From positions 1 through 24,629 of the forward strand of contig JBMORS010000024.1 in assembly GCA_049319925.1 (NCBI GenBank): a stretch of 24,629 nucleotides of DNA, in the 5' to 3' direction. Under the pieces are notes generated by a model. The model was not told the origin of the DNA, made no database searches, and saw only the letters and a list, made by a program, of their open reading frames with translations. Shown one piece after another: positions 1 through 7,063 of the stretch; position 1 is the stretch's first letter; every line of letters starts with the position of its first letter. This DNA is from Patescibacteria group bacterium. Its GTDB lineage: Bacteria; Patescibacteriota; Patescibacteriia; Veblenbacterales; UBA10138. A program made the position numbers and the translations under genes.

Positions 1-565
1 TATCTGAATTAATTGTTAGGGTTCTAGTCTCATCTGAATTATTTTTTCTTATGGTTAGTTGATCCTTAAATAAGTTTAGATCGGCTTTGTTGAGATGGGA
101 AATTTCCGATACTTTTAAGCCGTAATTTAGTAGCAGTTCGACCAAACACAAATCTCTGAGTTTAATTAATTCCGCGCCAGTTTGTTGTTGAATTGTTTGT
201 CGCAGACTATCAGCCGGATCATTTTCCCAGGCGGATTCATTTGTTTTGGCGTTGTTTAATTTTATGTCAGTTTCGGTTGGCCCACTTTGGTTTGTTTTTT
301 TAAGATAGCGGCTAAAGGAACGCAAGGCGATTAAATGATAGTCGACAGTATTGTTTTTTAGGGAATGAGCCGGACCCAGTAGCCAACGGCTGTATTTTTG
401 TATAGCTAGATAATCAATTTTATCCAAACTAAGTTTTTCTTTGTTTAGCCAATCAAAAAAGCGTTTTAAATATAATTGATAATTTTGGATAGTTAAATTA
501 TTCTTGCCTGAGGTTTCAAGGTAGTTTAGGAAGTTTTTTATTTGGTCGGCTGGTGAATAGTTCAT
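1..565 (-). CDS. Tyrosine recombinase/integrase (XerC/D-like), 3' end runs off the window; box I catalytic Arg replaced by Lys
   Basis: Manual translation from ATG at 565: MNYSPADQIKNFLNYLETSGKNNLTIQNYQLYLKRFFDWL...TVDYHLIALRSFSRYL...LRDLCLVELLLNYGLKVSEISHLNKADL..., open to position 1. SAM-like N-terminal domain and box I (LRD..L.ELL...GL[R]VSE) are recognisable. Absent from the ORF track. Confidence 0.85.
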   Translation of the reverse strand, partial: MNYSPADQIKNFLNYLETSGKNNLTIQNYQLYLKRFFDWLNKEKLSLDKIDYLAIQKYSRWLLGPAHSLKNNTVDYHLIALRSFSRYLKKTNQSGPTETDIKLNNAKTNESAWENDPADSLRQTIQQQTGAELIKLRDLCLVELLLNYGLKVSEISHLNKADLNLFKDQLTIRKNNSDETRTLTINSD

Positions 566-592
566 AAGTAGTTTGTAGTAGTATCCTTGAAT

Positions 593-621
593 ATTTTACG
601 ACACATCTTAATTTTAGGCAA
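593..621 (-). promoter_or_regulatory. Putative sigma70 promoter of the recombinase gene
   Basis: Minus strand TTGCCT (621-616) - 17 bp - TAAAAT (598-593), about 28 bp upstream of the ATG. Confidence 0.45.
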
Positions 622-655
622 AATAGAACAATCAGTGGTTATTTAGTTTAGGCAC

Positions 656-684
656 TTGATTTTATTTGTTTAATCTGTTAGAGT
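656..684 (+). promoter_or_regulatory. Putative sigma70 promoter of rpsO-NYN-pnp
   Basis: TTGATT (656-661) - 17 bp - TAGAGT (679-684) with an extended -10 TG at 676-677. Confidence 0.55.
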
Positions 685-686
685 TA

Positions 687-753
687 CGTCGCTTAATCAT
701 TAAGGCGCGGACTTGGGTTTTGCGGAATTTATCCCAAAAACTCGACCCGTCGC
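687..753 (+). promoter_or_regulatory. Structured 5' leader of rpsO (candidate S15 autoregulatory element)
   Basis: GC-rich island with helices 692-696/700-704 and 707-719/744-753 (bulged), plus internal 715-722/735-743. The position matches known rpsO leaders. Confidence 0.4.
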
Positions 754-766
754 TAAGGCATAAAAT

Positions 767-1111
767 ATGCTAGACAAGATTACTAAAGATAAGATAATTA
801 AAAAGTTTAAAACTCATGACCAGGACACTGGTTCGGCTGAGGTGCAAATAGCCATTTTAACTGAGGAAATAACTCGTTTAACCGAGCACTTAAAGGGTCA
901 TAAAAAAGACTTTTCTTCTCGTCGTGGTTTGATAAAAAAAGTTAATCAGCGCCGTAAGTTGCTTAAGTTTTTACAAAGAGAAGATAAAACTAGTTTTGAA
1001 GATTTAGTTAAAAAACTAAAACTTAAAGTTAAAATTTCTGACCAATCAGCCATTTTAGGGGCCGATCCAGAAGAATCAACCGAGGAAATGCCAGAGGTAG
1101 GAGAAGTTTAG
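767..1111 (+). CDS. rpsO: 30S ribosomal protein S15 (uS15) with acidic C-terminal extension
   Basis: DTGSAEVQIAILT...HLKGHKKDFSSRRGLIKKVNQRRKLLKFL signature. Confidence 0.98.
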   Translation: MLDKITKDKIIKKFKTHDQDTGSAEVQIAILTEEITRLTEHLKGHKKDFSSRRGLIKKVNQRRKLLKFLQREDKTSFEDLVKKLKLKVKISDQSAILGADPEESTEEMPEVGEV

Positions 1112-1129
1112 TTTGTTAGACCGTTAATT

Positions 1130-1654
1130 ATGCTTAAACACAAAGATCAGCGCGTTGGAGTTTTTGTCGACGTGCAGAATATGTATTATTCGGCCCGAAA
1201 CCTTTATGGTTCCCGAGTTAATTTTGATAATATTCTGCAGCAGGCTGTAGAAGGCAGAAAGCTGATCCGAGCAGTGGCTTATGTAGTTAAAGCTGAATCA
1301 CCGGAAGAAATAAAATTTTTTGAAGCTTTGGACAAACAAGGTTTTGAAGTCAATATGAAGGATTTGCAGGTTTTTGTTGGTGGTGCTAAAAAAGGCGATT
1401 GGGATGTTGGCATCACTATAGATGCTATTACTATGTCTAATAAATTAGATGTAGTGGTACTGGTAACTGGTGATGGTGATTTTATGCCCTTAGTCCAATA
1501 TTTACAGTTTTTGGGTCAACGGGTGGAAGTAATAGCTTTTTCCGAAACAGCTTCCGCTAAATTAAGGGAACAGGCTGATGATTTTTTTGATTTATCAGCT
1601 GATAAAAGTAGGTTTTTATTAAGAGGACGTTTGGGAAAAATCCGACGTTCTTAG
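1130..1654 (+). CDS. NYN domain (LabA/DUF88, PIN-like) protein, putative RNase
   Basis: VFVDVQNMYY, KKGDWDVGITID and VLVTGDGDFMPLV motifs. Confidence 0.9.
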   Translation: MLKHKDQRVGVFVDVQNMYYSARNLYGSRVNFDNILQQAVEGRKLIRAVAYVVKAESPEEIKFFEALDKQGFEVNMKDLQVFVGGAKKGDWDVGITIDAITMSNKLDVVVLVTGDGDFMPLVQYLQFLGQRVEVIAFSETASAKLREQADDFFDLSADKSRFLLRGRLGKIRRS

Positions 1655-1687
1655 TAAATTTAAGATTATTAATTGGGTGTTGCAGGC

Positions 1688-1818
1688 AATAACTAAATAA
1701 AATAAGGAGTGTTATTTGAAGAGAGTTTGTTGGTCAGTTTAAAATTGGCAGCAGTCTCCTTTCAAATAACTAACCTCCTAAAGTTATTAAGCCGTGGCGT
1801 CCTATAAGGAGTTAGTTA
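1688..1818 (+). promoter_or_regulatory. Long pnp leader hairpin (1688-1788) with an alternative anti-RBS helix
   Basis: Pairings 1688-1694/1782-1788, 1705-1709/1775-1779, a perfect 10 bp 1711-1720/1761-1770, and an upper G-U-rich stem to about 1740. 1767-1779 is also complementary to the RBS region 1807-1818. Confidence 0.7.
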
Positions 1819-1821
1819 AAA

Positions 1822-4053
1822 ATGAGTAATGTAAAAACATTCAAGCATGAAGTGGCTGGTCGGCCGCTAGAAGTGGAGGTTGGCAAATTAGCCGGCCAGG
1901 CCCATGGTTCTTGTACTGTTCGCTATGGCGATACAGTGGTTTTGGCTACAGTTGTTCAATCAGCCGAGCCTAGGGAAGGAACAGATTTCTTTCCTTTGAT
2001 GGTTGATTACGAAGAGAGATTATATGCGGCTGGCAAAATTAAAGGTTCACGTTTTATTAAACGCGAAGGTCGGCCGACAGATGAAGCTATATTGACCGCT
2101 AGGGTAATAGACCGTTCTATTAGGCCATTATTCAAGGATAGTGAACGCCGTGATGTCCAGGTAATGGTTACGGTTTTGTCGGTTGACGGTGAAAACGATC
2201 CAGACGTACCGGCTTTATGGGCTGCTTCTTTGGCCTTGGCTATATCGCCGATTAATTGGGGCGGCCCGATTGCCGCTTTAAGGGTTGGTCGCATTAATAA
2301 TGAGTGGGTTTTAAATCCTTCTTACGAAGCCAGAGAAAAGTCTGATTTAGATGTTTTTATTTCGGCCACGGATAAAGAAGTGGTTATGTTAGAAGCTGGT
2401 AGTAGCGAGGTATTGGAAGCAGATATATATGAAGCCATAGCTTTTGGACACAAACATATTGCTAAGATGTTTCCTTTTTTGCAGGAAGTTATTTCCGCCT
2501 GTGCTAAAACCAAAACAACTGAACCTGATGTAACAATTGAGAATAAAGAGCAGGAAGCCAAACTTAGGCAAAAAGTGGAGCAGTATTTGCAGGGAAAATT
2601 TGAACCCTTGTTTGCTGGTAATGGTAAGCAAACCTTTAAGCAAGGTTTACGGGAAATAGAAGCTGGTTTAGACGAAGCTTTGAAGGCTGACAACGAAGTC
2701 AGCAAAGAAGACAGAGTCAAAGGCTTAAAGATGATAGAGGCTTATTTGGATAAAGCCTCCCGCCGGTATGTTTTGGACAGTGGTAAAAGAGTGGATGGCA
2801 GAGCTTGGGATGAAATAAGGCCCTTATCAGCTGAGATTGGAGTTTTACCTCGTACACATGGCAGTGGTTTATTCCAGCGGGGCGAGACTCAGGTTCTATC
2901 GGTAGTTACTTTAGGTAGTCCAGGTGATGAACAAACTTTAGATGGTATGGAAGAAGACGGCAAAAAGCGTTATATGCATCATTACAATTTTCCAGCTTAT
3001 TCAGTGGGTGAAGTTAAACCAGTTCGTTCACCAGGCCGTCGGGAAATTGGTCATGGCGCTTTAGCAGAAAAAGCTTTATTGCCGGTTATTCCTCAGGATA
3101 AGGAAAAGTTTCCTTATACCATCAGGGTAGTTTCTGAGGTTTTGTCTTCTAATGGATCGTCTTCGCAGGCTTCCATTTGTGGTTCGTCTTTGGCTTTAAT
3201 GGACGCTGGTGTGCCGATTACGGCACCAGTGGCCGGAATAGCCATGGGACTTATTACTGACCCGGCTGACCCTAGCAGGTACGCTGTTTTAACCGATATT
3301 CAAGGGTTAGAAGATCATTCCGGTGATATGGATTTTAAAGTAGGTGGTACAGCTAAGGGTATAACAGCTGTTCAATTGGACATAAAATTAGGCGGTATTT
3401 CTTTAGCTATAGTGGAAGAAACTTTAAATAAGGCCAAACAGGCTCGGCTTAAAATATTAGATATTATGCTTAAGGCTATTGCCGCGCCTCGGCCGGAATT
3501 ATCTCCCTATGCGCCCAGAATAGTATCTTTCTTTATACCGGTGGATAAAATTAGGGATGTAATTGGTCCAGGTGGTAAGGTAATAAATGAGATAATAGCC
3601 GCTACTGGCGTATCTATAGACATAGAGGATAGTGGTTTAGTGATGGTAACTTCTAATAATGCCGAAATGTCTGTTAAGGCGATTGATTGGATAAAAAACC
3701 TTACTCGTCAGGTGGTAGTGGGTGAAATTTACAAAGGCAAAGTTACTCGTTTGATGAATTTTGGAGCTTTTGTGGAAATATTGCCCAGAACCGAAGGGTT
3801 GGTTCATATTTCCGAATTAGCTTGGGCCAGGGTTAATACGGTTCAAGATGTTGTTAAAGTTGGTGATGAATTGGAAGTTAAGGTAATAGAAATAGACGAT
3901 CAAGGACGGGTAAATTTGTCTCATAAGCAGGTTTTACCTAAACCAGAGGGTTATGTAGAAGATAATCAGGCTTCTTATCGTTCAGAAAGACCTAGCCGTA
4001 ATTTTGGTAATAATAATGGCCGGGATAGACATTCTCGTCCCCCACGTCGTTAG
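1822..4053 (+). CDS. pnp: Polyribonucleotide nucleotidyltransferase (PNPase)
   Basis: Two RNase PH domains (RREIGHGAL, SNGSSSQASICG, GDMDFKVGGT), KH (VIGPGGK) and S1 domains; AAGGAG at 1806-1811. Confidence 0.99.
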   Translation: MSNVKTFKHEVAGRPLEVEVGKLAGQAHGSCTVRYGDTVVLATVVQSAEPREGTDFFPLMVDYEERLYAAGKIKGSRFIKREGRPTDEAILTARVIDRSIRPLFKDSERRDVQVMVTVLSVDGENDPDVPALWAASLALAISPINWGGPIAALRVGRINNEWVLNPSYEAREKSDLDVFISATDKEVVMLEAGSSEVLEADIYEAIAFGHKHIAKMFPFLQEVISACAKTKTTEPDVTIENKEQEAKLRQKVEQYLQGKFEPLFAGNGKQTFKQGLREIEAGLDEALKADNEVSKEDRVKGLKMIEAYLDKASRRYVLDSGKRVDGRAWDEIRPLSAEIGVLPRTHGSGLFQRGETQVLSVVTLGSPGDEQTLDGMEEDGKKRYMHHYNFPAYSVGEVKPVRSPGRREIGHGALAEKALLPVIPQDKEKFPYTIRVVSEVLSSNGSSSQASICGSSLALMDAGVPITAPVAGIAMGLITDPADPSRYAVLTDIQGLEDHSGDMDFKVGGTAKGITAVQLDIKLGGISLAIVEETLNKAKQARLKILDIMLKAIAAPRPELSPYAPRIVSFFIPVDKIRDVIGPGGKVINEIIAATGVSIDIEDSGLVMVTSNNAEMSVKAIDWIKNLTRQVVVGEIYKGKVTRLMNFGAFVEILPRTEGLVHISELAWARVNTVQDVVKVGDELEVKVIEIDDQGRVNLSHKQVLPKPEGYVEDNQASYRSERPSRNFGNNNGRDRHSRPPRR

Positions 4054-4087
4054 GCTAATATTAGCCAAATAAATCTATAAAGGTTTT

Positions 4088-4120
4088 AATCTAGCCCCGC
4101 GTAAGTGGGGCTAGATTTTG
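4088..4120 (+). terminator. Intrinsic terminator after pnp
   Basis: 13-bp stem AATCTAGCCCCGC / GTGGGGCTAGATT (one G-U), GTAA tetraloop, short T tail. Confidence 0.85.
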
Positions 4121-4140
4121 TATAGTATAGTGTATTAAGC

Positions 4141-4201
4141 TGTGCTTATTTGTGTGGATAAATTGTGATTACTGTGGATAATGAACATAATATGTGCTCA
4201 T
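4141..4201. promoter_or_regulatory. DnaA-box cluster
   Basis: Two perfect TGTGGATAA (reverse complement TTATCCACA) at 4153-4161 and 4173-4181, with degenerate same-orientation TGTG-led 9-mers at 4141, 4164 and 4193. Confidence 0.65.
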
Positions 4202-4245
4202 AGTATATTTGGTTTTTTTGTTTAATTTTAGCCAAAAATAGCTTA

Positions 4246-4274
4246 TTGACTGATTTTAAAAAGTATGCTATATT
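4246..4274 (+). promoter_or_regulatory. Strong sigma70-type promoter upstream of an ORF-less structured region
   Basis: TTGACT (4246-4251) - 17 bp - TATATT (4269-4274) with extended -10 TG at 4266-4267. Confidence 0.75.
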
Positions 4275-4280
4275 AAAGAT

Positions 4281-4645
4281 GTACTTTGAAAAAGGAAAGT
4301 AAATAAAGATCTGGTGCTAGCTCAGAAATTTGGCCACAGTTCTTTTCTTACTGTCCTTTTTGGAACTGTTAACTGGTGGCAGTACCAAAAAAAATTTTGA
4401 AACAAAAAGCAAAAACGGCGCTTCTGCCTGAAAAAGGTGGGAGAGTAGCCACAGGACGGTAAGAACAAAGCGTACTTTATAATCTAGCCAGTGTACGCGC
4501 CTAATAAGTCGCTTGAGGATACATTCTTAGTAAGTCTCAAAACAATTTGGGATTTGCTAGGTAGCGCAAGCGTCGCAATTAAGGCGCCAGTACGCCATTA
4601 ATTAAGTTTTTTAAAAAATGGGCGCCTACTGGCGCCTATTTTTAT
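4281..4645 (+). ncRNA. Candidate ~360-nt structured non-coding RNA or long leader, family unidentified
   Basis: Bounded by a promoter and a terminator-like hairpin, with no long ORF. Helices 4312-4318/4381-4387, 4336-4342/4363-4369, 4345-4357/4453-4465 (13 bp), 4470-4475/4493-4498, 4510-4515/4567-4572. Confidence 0.45.
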
Positions 4646-4650
4646 TTTTA
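4582..4650 (+). terminator. Intrinsic terminator-like hairpin closing the candidate ncRNA
   Basis: Perfect 11-bp AGGCGCCAGTA (4582-4592) / TACTGGCGCCT (4627-4637), an inner CGCCATT/AATGGGCG stem, then ATTTTTATTTTT. Confidence 0.75.
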
Positions 4651-4668
4651 AATTTCTACAATACCCGC

Positions 4669-4697
4669 TTGAATAGGTTTGGGCTTTGGGTTATAAT
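4669..4697 (+). promoter_or_regulatory. sigma70 promoter of dksA/traR-lspA-comM
   Basis: TTGAAT (4669-4674) - 17 bp - TATAAT (4692-4697). Confidence 0.75.
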
Positions 4698-4738
4698 TAC
4701 TCCACCTTTATTGGGTGAATTTTTGTTTATTAAATATT

Positions 4739-5104
4739 ATGAATCCAGCTTTTATTGAAGAAATTAAACAGATTTTGAATCAAACTAGGGCCAGGCTTAA
4801 GGCGGAATTAGATTCCACCACATTAAGTTCAGCTGATAAATCAGATAAAAATGCTTGGCCGGAATATGGCGATAAGGAAGATGAAAACGCCGCTGAAGTG
4901 GCGACTTTTTCCGATAAGTTATCTTTGCATAAGGCCTTAGAAGAAACCTTAGAAGATGTGGAAGCCGCTTTGCAGCGTTTAGCAGATGGCAGTTATGGAA
5001 TTTGTAAACATTGTCAAAAGGAAATAGATGAACGTCGTCTTAGAGCTCGGCCGGAGTCCAGTTCTTGTGTGGATTGCAAAACCAGGCTCTTAAATAAACC
5101 TTAA
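4739..5104 (+). CDS. DksA/TraR family C4-type zinc finger protein
   Basis: Coiled coil followed by YGICKHCQKEI...RLRARP....CVDC. The in-frame ATG at 4739 is preferred over GTG 4715, which lies about 10 nt from the predicted TSS. Confidence 0.9.
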   Translation: MNPAFIEEIKQILNQTRARLKAELDSTTLSSADKSDKNAWPEYGDKEDENAAEVATFSDKLSLHKALEETLEDVEAALQRLADGSYGICKHCQKEIDERRLRARPESSSCVDCKTRLLNKP

Positions 5105-5544
5105 TGATTAATAGGTCCTATTACGCCTTGGGAGGGGCTATGGTGTTACTGATAGTTGACCGTTTAGCTAAACAACTGGCGATTTTGTATCAGAACCAAA
5201 CAGGGGTTGGAGATTGGTTATTTTTTGGTTTTTTTGTTAATCCCGGAGCTGTTTTTAGTTTGCCTATGGCAAATTGGCTAGCAGCTATGGCCGGTTGGTC
5301 TATTGTTGTTGGTTTATTATTTTGGCTAATCAGACTTTGGTCAAAGGGTTTTAATTTGTTTATATTGGGTTTGATTTTTTTATTGGTTGGCGGTATGAGC
5401 AACAGTTATGACCGGTTGATTTGGGGAGGGGTGATTGATTATGTCAGTTTGTTTAATTTAATGTCTTTTAATTTAGCTGATTGTTATTTAATAATCGGTT
5501 TAGGTTGTTTGTTAAGAGGGGGCAAGCAACTATATGTCCGCTAA
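5104..5544 (+). CDS. lspA: Lipoprotein signal peptidase II
   Basis: NPGAVFS, GGMSNSYDRL..G.VIDY and FNLAD motifs with 4 hydrophobic segments; TAATG overlap with the upstream gene. Confidence 0.9.
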   Translation: MINRSYYALGGAMVLLIVDRLAKQLAILYQNQTGVGDWLFFGFFVNPGAVFSLPMANWLAAMAGWSIVVGLLFWLIRLWSKGFNLFILGLIFLLVGGMSNSYDRLIWGGVIDYVSLFNLMSFNLADCYLIIGLGCLLRGGKQLYVR

Positions 5545-7060
5545 AATATTTACTTTACATGTTTTGGGCTTAACTGCCAGATTGGTTGAAGTTGAGGCTG
5601 ATACTTCCAGCCAACTGCCTGGTATTTTTATTGTTGGTTTACCAGATAAGGCTGTGGAAGAGGCCAGGGAGAGAGTTAGGTCGGCTTTAAAGAATTCTAA
5701 ATGTCAGTTTCCCAGAACCAAAGTAACTATAAATTTAGCGCCAGCTGATTTAAAAAAAGAAGGTACGGCTTATGATTTGCCCATGGCCCTGGCTTTACTT
5801 ATGGCCAGCGGTCAATTAAAGCCGTCCTTAGATTTAAATAAAATTTTGTTTATTGGTGAACTATCTTTAGCCGGAGATTTACGGCCGGTTAAAGGTATTT
5901 TGGTTATGGCTCAGGCCGCTCGACGTTTAGGCTTTGAGTATTTATTAGTACCAGCTAGTAATGCCAGCGAAGCTGCTTTGGTGGAAGACGTAAAAGTTTT
6001 GCCGGCCCGTAATTTAATTGAAGTTTTAAATCATTTGACTGGTCGAGTTGGTTTGACTTTACAGCCGTTAACTGAATTGAAAGTTCAAACTGATTTTAAA
6101 GCAGCAATTGATTTGGCTGATATTTATGGACAAGAACAAGCTAAACGCGCTTTAGAAATAGCCGCCGCTGGCGGTCATAATGTTTTGTTATATGGTCCGC
6201 CTGGTTCGGGTAAAACTTTGTTGGCGCGGTCTTTAGTTGGCTTACTTCCACCTTTAAGTCGGGCTGAAGTTTTAGAAACCACAGCAATTTATAGCGTGGC
6301 CGGTTTATTAAGTATTGTTGAACCTTTGGTTTATCAACGTCCTTTTCGGGCGCCTCATCATACAGCTTCGGAAATATCTTTGATCGGTGGTGGTACGGCA
6401 CTTAGGCCCGGGGAAATATCCCTGGCTCATCGGGGAATTTTGTTTCTGGATGAGTTACCAGAATTTTCTCGGGCAGTTTTAGAAAGTTTACGACAACCTT
6501 TAGAAGAGGGCTGGGTAACAATTTCTCGAGCCAGTGGCAGTGTTAGGTTTCCGGCTCGGTTTATTTTAGTGGCGGCTCTTAACCCTTGTCCTTGTGGTTT
6601 TGCTGGTGATCCGCAAAAGGAATGTCAGTGTAGCTTGGGTCAGATATATAAATACCAACGTCGTTTGTCTGGGCCGTTGCTGGATAGATTTGATTTACAT
6701 GTCATAGTACCGCGTTTGCCTTTTTCTAAAATTGCCAAAGCCGAAGGCGGCGATAGTAGCTGTTTGGTTCAGAATCGAGTGGTAATTGCCCGGCAAAGGC
6801 AACTCACCAGGTTTGCTGGTTCGACTATTCATCTTAATAGCACTATGTCCAATCAAGATTTAAAAAAAATGATTAGTCTTAATGATAGTTGTTTGCTTTT
6901 GTTAAAACAGGCGGTAGAGCGTTGGCAATTGTCCGGTCGGGCTTACCACCGCCTTCTCAAGGTTGCCCGTACTATTGCCGATTTAGCCGGTTCTGATCAA
7001 ATTAAACCCGACCATTTAGCAGAAGCTTTACAATATCGGCCACGTCAAAATTTTAGTTGA
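5534..7060 (+). CDS. comM: YifB/ComM Mg-chelatase-like AAA+ ATPase
   Basis: IVGLPDKAVEEARERVRSA, NLAPADLKKEG, Walker A GPPGSGKT, PFRAPHH, GEISLAHRGILFLDELPEF, CPCG zinc motif. Confidence 0.95.
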   Translation: MSAKIFTLHVLGLTARLVEVEADTSSQLPGIFIVGLPDKAVEEARERVRSALKNSKCQFPRTKVTINLAPADLKKEGTAYDLPMALALLMASGQLKPSLDLNKILFIGELSLAGDLRPVKGILVMAQAARRLGFEYLLVPASNASEAALVEDVKVLPARNLIEVLNHLTGRVGLTLQPLTELKVQTDFKAAIDLADIYGQEQAKRALEIAAAGGHNVLLYGPPGSGKTLLARSLVGLLPPLSRAEVLETTAIYSVAGLLSIVEPLVYQRPFRAPHHTASEISLIGGGTALRPGEISLAHRGILFLDELPEFSRAVLESLRQPLEEGWVTISRASGSVRFPARFILVAALNPCPCGFAGDPQKECQCSLGQIYKYQRRLSGPLLDRFDLHVIVPRLPFSKIAKAEGGDSSCLVQNRVVIARQRQLTRFAGSTIHLNSTMSNQDLKKMISLNDSCLLLLKQAVERWQLSGRAYHRLLKVARTIADLAGSDQIKPDHLAEALQYRPRQNFS

Positions 7061-7063
7061 TGT

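Noticed and set aside
2007-2720. Minus-strand ORFs 2007-2294, 2322-2720 and 2389-2643
   Set aside because: Antisense shadows of pnp with no recognisable motifs.
4141-4275. Replication origin at the DnaA boxes
   Set aside because: Only two perfect boxes, no dnaA/dnaN nearby, no clear DnaA-trio run, and no visible change in G/T strand bias or gene orientation across the site.
4369-4431. tmRNA interpretation: TTAACT followed by the frame GGSTKKNFETKSKNGASA-stop resembles a resume context and tag
   Set aside because: There is no tRNA-like domain (no GGGG 5' end, T-loop GTTCRA or CCA end) in either standard or permuted order. It is worth rechecking only if ssrA is missing elsewhere in the genome.
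4291-4479. RNase P (GGAAAGT), 5S loop E (GGGAGAGTAG), tRNA D-arm (TAGCTCAG) and SRP (CAGG...GTAA) look-alike fragments
   Set aside because: These are isolated short matches. The partner strands and surrounding folds (P4 with bulged U, 5S helices, cloverleaf, SRP helix 8) are absent.
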